Positions 54,226 to 64,000 of a stretch of DNA of 64,000 bases are shown here, in pieces. Where the stretch lies: positions 11,966,001 to 12,030,000 of the forward strand of contig OZ024755.1 in the NCBI GenBank assembly GCA_964016885.1, in the 5' to 3' direction. Every line of letters starts with the position of its first letter. Position 1 is the stretch's first letter. Both the position numbers and the translations under genes were made by a program. This stretch comes from Eledone cirrhosa (Eukaryota). The notes beneath the pieces were generated by a model. That model was given only the letters and a program-made list of their open reading frames with translations. It was not told where the DNA came from and searched no databases.

Positions 54226-55779
54226 AGAAAAGCAGTGCAAAATGAAGTCTCTTACTCAAAGGCAAAGCGGGAATCAAACCACTGTCCTTTTGATCGGAAG
54301 TCCAACACCTTAACCACCAAACCATGCGCTTTCAAGGTGACATTTATAAGATGGTGAAAACCACCTACTTTTCTTTAGGCTGCTGTAGAGGAAAAACTAG
54401 GAATAGATCGAACTCAAAACCACACCAACAAAAACAACACAGAAAGCCATCACAGCAGCAGCAACAGCGGCAACAACATAAGCATCAGTATCATTAAAAG
54501 CAATTACAATAAGAGCAACATCATCAGCAGCAACAACAAGAAAAGCACTAACATCAGCCACAGCAGCAACAGTGAAGACAAAGACAGCAGCAGCATTAGC
54601 AAGAACAACTATAGACACTTCAAGAGCAATAACAACAACAACAGAACCTGACATCACGACCAAACCTTCTTCCCAGCAGAGATCTGCCCTGCGAGATAAA
54701 TACAAACCCACATTGAAACAACAACTCTCGGCATCTCTCAAACCAAACATTATCGTGCAACGTAGCGGAAGCGAAAACCCAATCACAAAATATCTCTGCT
54801 GGTGTAGTAAGAAAGTTCAGAGATAAAAAAGAACCACATCATGTTGAAATACAGAAGGTTAAAAGATGTGGTAGAGAGCCCTTAAACAAGCCACAAAGTA
54901 ACACCATCCACATCTCCACAGCATCGACACAATCATAACAGCTTCAGCAACAACAAACCCAATAATACCAGCCATATATTCCCACCAGTAATAAGAGCAG
55001 CATTATAACAACAACAGCTAAATCCCCGATACCATCTCCAAAACAAAAACACCAAAGTGAAATCACAGAAACACATGAAAAGCTACATAAAAAATACCCA
55101 AAGAAACAATAACCGCAGCAACAGCAACGACAACAACATTCAAATACAAAAGAACCACCTCTTATCAACTTCAATATTGTAAATAGAAATGAAAAGCACG
55201 AGACCAAAAAAATAAATACAAAAAGGAGAGCTTTGAAAAGCTCATATCTACAATTTCACTGAAATGACTCCTGGTGAAGACATCGCAAAACACCGAGGTG
55301 ATGAGATAAAGAATTTCATGCAACACGGGAATTTTTCTGAATAGAATAAACAAATCTTTTGAAAGGCCCTTTCAAGAAACCCTCTTTACAAGGGAGACCG
55401 GATTACCCGTCGCTTCTCTAAGACTAAGGTAAGTAACTTGTATGTATTTCTTTTTTTGCGGCCACACGCAGAATAGAACGTATAACTGAATGTGAGCTGG
55501 AGTCAAATAGAAAACCAAGTCCCATTGGTCCATCTGAAGCTACAGTAGAAGACACGTGTCAAAATTGCCATACAGTGGAACTGCACCCGAAACTACGTGA
55601 CTGCAAAGAGAACTCCTTAAACAGACACAGACATGCCTGCACCTATATAAATAGATTGATAGATAGATAGATAGATAGATAAAAAGTATGTGTGTATTTA
55701 TGTATGCATTGCTTTATATCTGGAGATCTCTCTGCACTTGTCATCACATGGTACCATGGGCCCAGCACTATGTGTCAAT

Positions 55780-55925
55780 AATTGTCACAAGTGAAGTGTT
55801 TGTACCAGAGTTTCCAAGTCGCTGGCTGGACTAAAAAGTCACACTCGTTCAGCGCATCGGTAGGGGTTCTCCTACATGGATATAAAGTAGTGGCCGTACT
55901 CGAAAACGAGTTGGCAGCCACCATG
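55780..55925 (+). mobile_element. 3' end of an RTE-like LINE (terminal C2H2 finger plus 3' stem-loop)
   Basis: Encodes HK*SVCTRVSKSLAGLKSHTRSAHR*, a decayed C..C.R.CKS.AGL.SH.R.H finger, followed by gtggccgtactcgaaaacgagttggcagccac. Confidence 0.65.
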
Positions 55926-57124
55926 TTTTTTCTATGTATGTGTATATGAACCAATGTCAAATTGAAGCAAAATCGTTAAATCGAGCTGCTTTGTTGTTAC
56001 TTTTTTTTTTTTTTTAGTTATTTCGAGTATTCCCATACTTAGAACTCTCTCTCTCTCCGTCCTTATATTTATATATCTGCTTTGTCTTCTTGGATTTGTA
56101 TCCGCTTCAACAGAAGTCATATACACGTGCAACTGTATACTCTGTTCACGCAGGACATTGACTTCATGATGTGTTCTATTATTAAACGATAACTGGATTG
56201 CAGGGAGAAATAAGCAATGAAATTTAGCTTACTGATATAGATGACATATAAATCGATTGACGATACTAAATAGTGGATTTTCAAGTGGCAACAAAAATAT
56301 ACAATATATCAAAAAAACTTCTTTGAAGCTCAAATATATTACATAAAAATGACAACGTTAGGGAGGGATTTAAAAAATATATATTTTGAAAACAAGCTTC
56401 ATACATACCACCACAAAAGTTCCGTTATTCTTTTATCCGTATTACAGTTATTTATTGTCTTACATTTTTCAGTCGTTAAACTGTGCCCATTCTGGGGCAC
56501 CACCCTGAATACATTGAGTTTAGTCGATCATATTGACTCTACTTCCAGTATATGTTTCTTTTTTTTCAAGTCTGGTACTTATTTTATTGATCTTTTTTGT
56601 CGAAACGCTATGTATGAAAAAATGTTTCTACTTTGGGAACAAGGCCGGAAATTACCCCAGTACACTGGTACTTTATTTTATCGACCACGTAAGGAAAAAT
56701 AAACCTAAACCCATACACCTGTAAATATATATATTTATATACACCTGTAAATATATATATTAATACGGGATGTTTGTTTACAAGCACACCGAGCATTATA
56801 ATAAATGTTCGGTGAATCCATACGTACATATATATATGTGTGCATGTATGTATATATATATACATACTACTGTACGTCTGTATACATATATATATATATA
56901 TAAACATCTATACCGAATTTTACTCACAGGGTATTGCTCAATCTGAGACTACGCAGATCTAATCGAGAACTGAAGCCGTAACCAAGGATTTGTGAAGCGA
57001 ACTTTTCAACCACACACCCATGCCTGTACCTACATACTTAAATTAAAGAACTGCTAATGTTGATGGTATGCGTTCTAACTTTTTTTTTTTTTTTTTTAAT
57101 CGTTTATTTCTGTACTAATGCTTC

Positions 57125-57494
57125 TAAGCCGGCGGCGACTAAGGTGCGTGTCTTTAAGGCCGCATGTGGTCTTCCATAATACTAAGTAGATCCATCAGAA
57201 AGACTAACGTGGTTTTCAGTACGACTTATGAAAGAAGCATACGAAAGAAGCATATCTTTTGAAGACAAACCTTTACATTGGACTATATTTTTTCTGATTT
57301 CAATTTATTTAACGTTTATCTTTTCAACTAATTTTGACTTGTGGAAAAATCCAACTTATATTTATTCAGATTTGTAATTCTATTTCGTAAAATAACTGTT
57401 TAGCGGCACAATATTTTTTTCAAAGTGTGGCCGCATTGGATATCAGTTAACCGCAATAGGGTCTTCTAGCATAAAAAAGGGTTCCATACCCCTG
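57125..57494. mobile_element. Possible old hAT-type non-autonomous element
   Basis: The right end aaaaaagggttccatacccctg and subterminal ggccgca motifs fit hAT MITEs. The left TIR is degenerate. Confidence 0.4.
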
Positions 57495-58297
57495 TCCTAA
57501 ACTAATGAAGCAATTATACTTTATACTGTCCAGCACATAGTGGAAATCTGTGTATACTCATGAGTCTCTCTCATCAGCTGCCTAGTGAGCCTGAGTCACG
57601 AAATCAGGCCCAATAACAACCAAAAGTACGTGATATTACTAGGAAAAATATATCAATTCTTTATGTGTATGACGATGACGGTGACGATAGTGATGGTGAT
57701 GATAGTTGTGGTGCTGATGGTGGTGACGACAATGACGGCGACAACGATGATGATAACAACGATAACGGTGACGATGATACTCTTGTTCCACACATATATA
57801 TTGATATAAATATATAAACAAAGATATTATTCAATATATGTAGTATGGTTGAGTGACCCAGTCGTTAGAACGACGGACAAAAAATGCTTTGTAGGATTTG
57901 CAACGGTTCGTTACATCCTGCGATCAAATCCTGCCGAAACCAATTTTGCCTTTCAGCCTCCAAGGATAGATTAAATGAAACTAAAAACCTGGGGCTAATT
58001 TAATTGCCTTTCCCTTCCGGCCAAATTGCAGGCCTTGTACCTGAATAATATACTATTATTTGATATATATGAAACCAATGGCCAAACTTAAAAGGTTTCG
58101 ATGTTTGAATGGAACTAAAAATATTTATTCTCTAATTTCTTTACCGTATAGGAGTACTAATTTGAAATAAATATTTAACTAGTGCTTAAAGGGGTTAATG
58201 ATGTCGTATACCATTAATCTCTGACTTGGTCAGGGGTTGGGATCACAGTTTAAGATGTATTACTTTAGTGTCACAGATTATGATAGCATTTGGATGT

Positions 58298-58364
<67 letters not shown>

Positions 58365-58524
58365 TGTGTGTGAGAGAGAGAGAGAGTGTGTGAGAGAGAG
58401 AGTGTGAAAGAGAGAGAGAGACATACATAGATATGTGAGTGTGTGTGTGTTTGTATGCATAGCATTACTTTATTCTAGTCTTTCTTGAGTTGATGTCTCG
58501 TACAATAGGGAAAGACAGAAAATG

Positions 58525-59915
58525 GAGTTGGTGACGATGATGGTGATGGGAATGGTGATGGTGACGATGATGGTGATGGGAATGGTGATGGTGACGATGA
58601 TGGTGATAGGAATGGTGATGGTGACGACGATTAATTTGAAGCTAAACCACCAAATCACTACTACACAACCATACCACTACCAGGCATCACTATCCCGCTC
58701 CCTTATACACCACCACACCACAACAAAACACTACCACACAACATGACTATATGCCACACAACTACTGCACACCATCGCACCACTACATACACCACCAAAC
58801 CACTATGATACACTCCAACACAGCCCAACACCACTACAACACACCGTCACAAAGCACCCCCACATCACTACAACGCAACCCCATACCACTTCGTTAATCA
58901 CATCAAATCAACAGTACTAGACCCTCCACTACTGTCACCATTTGTGAATCGTACATAAAATACCAGCACCACTCACCACTACTAACCACAATACCAGCAC
59001 CCCTCACACGACCACCACTGTCATGAAGCACATCAAAGACAGACACTGCTACAATCTCCCTCCTCACACCATTCCTCAAATATTTCTATCACTATCTAAA
59101 CAAACCACTAAATTTACCAAAAGAAAACACCAACTTGACCCCACCATCATCACATCAACAAATACGACACCATCATACCACCTGTACAACCACCACCAAC
59201 AACAACACCATAACACCAACACTAGTAACTGCAGAACCACCTACACCACCACGACCTCTACCATATCCACTATCTCTACCAGCCATCTTTTCAGAATCCA
59301 TTGAATTGCTTCCAATATACCATCGCCACGATCACACTATTACGACCAGTACAACCGCTACTACCAGCGCCAAGACCACTACCGCCATGATCACACCATC
59401 ATCGCCATCACTTTGATCCCAAGATGACCAAGAACACCACCTGTAGGAAGACCACCTTCACGACCAACACCACCATCACCAACACCACCAGCAGCACTAC
59501 AAAGACCACTATCGCCACAATCGCCACAATCGCATACAGTACAATACAACCACCACTACCACTAAACGTAGGGGACTTTACATCTCACATTATTCACCAC
59601 ACAGAACCATTAACCCGATCACTAACACCCCTATCACCAACACCCTTATCACTACCACCAACACCCCTAGCTCTACCACCAACAGCCCTACCAACACCAT
59701 AAACATCAACATTAACCCTACCACCATTACCATCACCACCATTATGTGAAAGCCAGGACAATCAACATTACCATGACTATTACTAGGAGCTCCAGCACTA
59801 GCATTAGAGACTAGATCACCACACACACAGACACACACATACCATCACCACCATCAACAGCACCATCACCATGAACAACATTGCCATCACCACCACCACC
59901 ACCACCACCGTCACC
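58525..59915. repeat. Low-complexity GAT/GGT then CAC/ACC-rich region
   Basis: Directly visible. Includes a 30-bp x3 repeat at 58529-58630. Confidence 0.8.
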
Positions 59916-60119
59916 ATTACATCATTTAATCTGTTTTCTTTCCTCATGCATGGCTACACTATACATCTCTGTCACCACAGTAACATTATATTGATGTTTC
60001 TTCTTATTTTGTTAGCTTTACATCCACGCTTTCTCTACGGCTTTCTCGTTTTTTATTTTTATTTTTATTTTTATTTTTATTATTATTATCATCATTATAG
60101 CTTGTTATCATCATTATCC

Positions 60120-60181
<62 letters not shown>

Positions 60182-60267
60182 TCGGCTCTGGTGGCCAATA
60201 AAGAAATTAATCACCAATATTTATTATTACTATCATAATCTTTACCATCATCAGTAGCAGCAGCATC

Positions 60268-60300
<33 letters not shown>

Positions 60301-60382
60301 TTGCATCTAGCTGGTGCAACTGTTTTTACATGCCCATGCACTTCCTACCTCTAATCATTCAACCGTTAGGCTGAAGTGAAGA

Positions 60383-61201
<819 letters not shown>

Positions 61202-61831
61202 AATCTACATTTTTCAATTTTGTTTTGTTTTCGTTCTTTGTTTCTTTTTCATTTTGTCAGCAGGAAGCAAACTGGGTAATGGTATAATGTTTCTTGCCAT
61301 GTCTCTGATTGTGATAATAGTGTTATTGTTTGTGATGGTGGGGTGGTTGTTGGTAATGGTAATGCTGTTGATGCTGATGTTGGTAGTGTAATATATGCTT
61401 CAAAATGACGAGATCCTATTTTTATGGATATAATAATGTTAGTCAATAGTCCGAAGTATTAACTCCCTTTAAAAAAAAACATTGTGTGACATCAAATGAT
61501 ACAAACACTTTCACACGTTTTTTTCCCGTCGGGTAATCAGGTAAAGGTATGGTATTATGGACCTTTTCATGCAACTCTATGCCATAGATTGAGAACGTAG
61601 CGTGAACGAATAGATAAGGAGTTCGTATTGCAATCATTTGGTTAGATTATGGGTTTGGTCCTATAGCCACAGCCAATGATGAAATCGTCAGCATGCTCTC
61701 TAAATTGTTCATCCCCCCTTTCTCCTCCTCCATCCTCTTTCATAGGCTCATATCCATTCTTTGTCTAATACACCCTCATAGACTGTCATATAAATGCCCA
61801 TCGACATACAGATCTAAACACACGATGATGA

Positions 61832-61874
<43 letters not shown>

Positions 61875-62270
61875 GTGGACTGGGTCTAAACATATTGGTT
61901 GCCAGGAGATAAAGGGGACCCACCTACATGTAGAATGCTATCATTTAATTTTTATAATGAATAACTAACATTTTCAAAAAATACATAAGTGGAAACAAAA
62001 CACTGCAATAAATTTTTGCGGAAAAATATTTTACCTTCTCCTTAAAAAATATATATTTTGCGAATTCAAGAGACTTTTAATAATGTCTTTTGGTCTTCCA
62101 CACTCACTTAATATATATATACTTATATATATATATATACATATATATATGTATGTATATACATATATATATATACATATATACATATACATATATATAT
62201 ATACATATATATATATATACATATACATGTTTTCAACTTGTACAAAAGTCCCTAGGGATCTAATTGACAT

Positions 62271-62308
<38 letters not shown>

Positions 62309-62333
62309 ATATTATATATATATTATATATATA

Positions 62334-62398
<65 letters not shown>

Positions 62399-62519
62399 CT
62401 GTTTGTTAAAATAATCAAATTAAATTAATTCTACAGTTAAACATACATAGGAATAACAGGTTGTTACCAAAGAGCCAGAAGATTGACAAGTCCACCCTAC
62501 ATATGACTAATAGCTCTAG

Positions 62520-62823
62520 GAATGTAGGTTTATAATTATTAATTTTCAATACACTTTTGTAGCTGTCTCGTCGGCCTAGCTGGAGGAATCATCGACGGTG
62601 GTGATCCTGGTCTGAAGTTCGATTCAGCTCGGGAGTATGGTTCCCGGTAAACCTTTTCAGTTTTTTTCTATGGGATGTAAAATAAAAACCGAAAAAGATT
62701 ACATGTACCTTTCGACCAGGATTGAACCCAAGACCAGACCTCCACCGTCTCTAGTAAATACCACTAGACCACTGAGACAGCTACGAAAGCTTGTTAAGAG
62801 TTCATACTTATAAACCTACTTTC
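62520..62823. other. Diverged palindrome made of two convergent tRNA-like Pol III units
   Basis: Each arm has gtaggtttataa, then gtagctgtctc, an A box (cggcctagctgg / tggtctagtgg), a B box (agttcgattc / ggttcaatcc) and a T-run. Confidence 0.7.
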
Positions 62824-63189
62824 ATAATGTTCAAAACAAAATGATGTATTGTCATTCATGTCTTTCGTAATGTTATTGCTCCTACTTAAGGTCGACTTCT
62901 AAATCATTTGGGTGTTCGATAAACTATATCCTCGTCTTGTTTCTCATCTATCTGGACTATATTTTAATCTGTAAAAAATGTTTCAATTCTGTTGCACCTC
63001 CTTTCTCACCCCCCCCCCCCCCTCTCTGTTATATTTGAATCTACTATGATTGGGCTTACTTTATTCATATATATATGTTTTTGCATGTCAGTTAAATTCA
63101 AACTTACAATGATTGGCATCATATATATATATGTATATATGTGTGTGTGTGTGTATATATATGTGTGTGTATATATGTGTGTGTATATA

Positions 63190-63225
<36 letters not shown>

Positions 63226-63425
63226 CACGAGGGTGGGCTGAAATGTTCATAGGTTGACTATGGAGTGATGCTTGGGCCTTTAAATCTTGCATGCATAATT
63301 AATTTCAACTCTTCTTATAAATAACTGCATTGCATCTTTCCATGGACTATGTTGAAAAAATAAACCTTATTTAGTCATTCCATGACAGTATTTTAGTCAG
63401 CCTATGAACGTTTCAGCCGACCATG
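63226..63425. mobile_element. Mariner-type MITE (same family as 13141-13338, opposite orientation)
   Basis: TIRs cgagggtgggctgaaatgttcataggttgac / gtcagcctatgaacgtttcagccgaccatg, in a TA context. Confidence 0.8.
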
Positions 63426-63585
63426 TATATAAACACACACACACACACACACACATTTTTATATAGACACATGCATATGTTACATTTACGATAAACGCAT
63501 GAATTTTTACAGAAAAATATGACAGAAACCGTCTGCGTGAATCGAATTATACAGTTGTGTTAGATCTGACAAGTACATAGATTAT

Positions 63586-63767
63586 TACTGGCAGTATCGC
63601 TAGAGGGTCGGACGCCATGCTTTGCAGCACAGTCACCTCCCTTTACGGACTGACTTCAAAACCCGCCGAGGTTAACTTTGCCTTTCATCCTTAAGGGGTC
63701 GATAAAATAAAGTACCAGTAATACACTGGGATAATTGCTGGCCTTGTGCCAAAAGTAGAAACAATTA
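63586..63767 (+). mobile_element. SINE family A, young short form
   Basis: tggcagtatcgctagagggtcggacgccatgc...gcctttcatccttaaggggtcgataaaataaagtacc...gtagaaacaatta. Closest to the 36603 copy. Confidence 0.9.
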
Positions 63768-64000
63768 CATTAAAATAACCTGTGGTATTGACATAGATGA
63801 ACGTTTAACCGTTAAAGGACGAAAAAGAAGCACAATGAAAGTAAGGTACTCAATACTTTAAGTATGTGACGTTTATGTGGCGTGACAAAGTGTAATTTTT
63901 CGATGAATGCAACTGGATTTGTCTTAAAATGGTCAACTCAACGACACCCACAGCCACGAAATGCACTCCTTCTGCACACATATAACAGTACCGTCAGAGT

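Noticed and set aside
61443-61715. Short complex ORF on the minus strand
   Set aside because: Only 64 aa, with no recognisable motif or convincing splice sites.

Overview
AT-rich, microsatellite-dense eukaryotic DNA. Its tRNA-derived SINEs, (TA)n/(CA)n/(GA)n tracts and LINE remnants look like an octopus (coleoid cephalopod) genome; this is inferred from repeat content only. No host protein-coding gene can be called confidently, and almost all ORFs in the supplied track are microsatellite read-through. Bases 1-11.86 kb are a giant 18/36-bp tandem array that is stop-free as a Thr-rich mucin-like frame on + and as a Met-initiated Gly/Ser/Cys-rich frame on -, with a 144-bp higher-order repeat near its end. 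The rest holds minisatellites, three SINE families, mariner/Tc1 MITEs, a Helitron/HINE-like element and decayed CRE, Tx1/L1 and RTE LINE fragments. The most interesting signal is a set of short inserts in or beside (TA)n/(GT)n tracts that carry minimal type I hammerhead-ribozyme motifs. Two have a U3-A8 covariant core, and several form long fold-back palindromes, consistent with truncated Penelope-like elements. Also notable are a convergent pair of tRNA-like Pol III units (62.5-62.8 kb) and an unexplained GC-rich structured island (35.6-35.8 kb). Coordinates were read by eye and edges are approximate.
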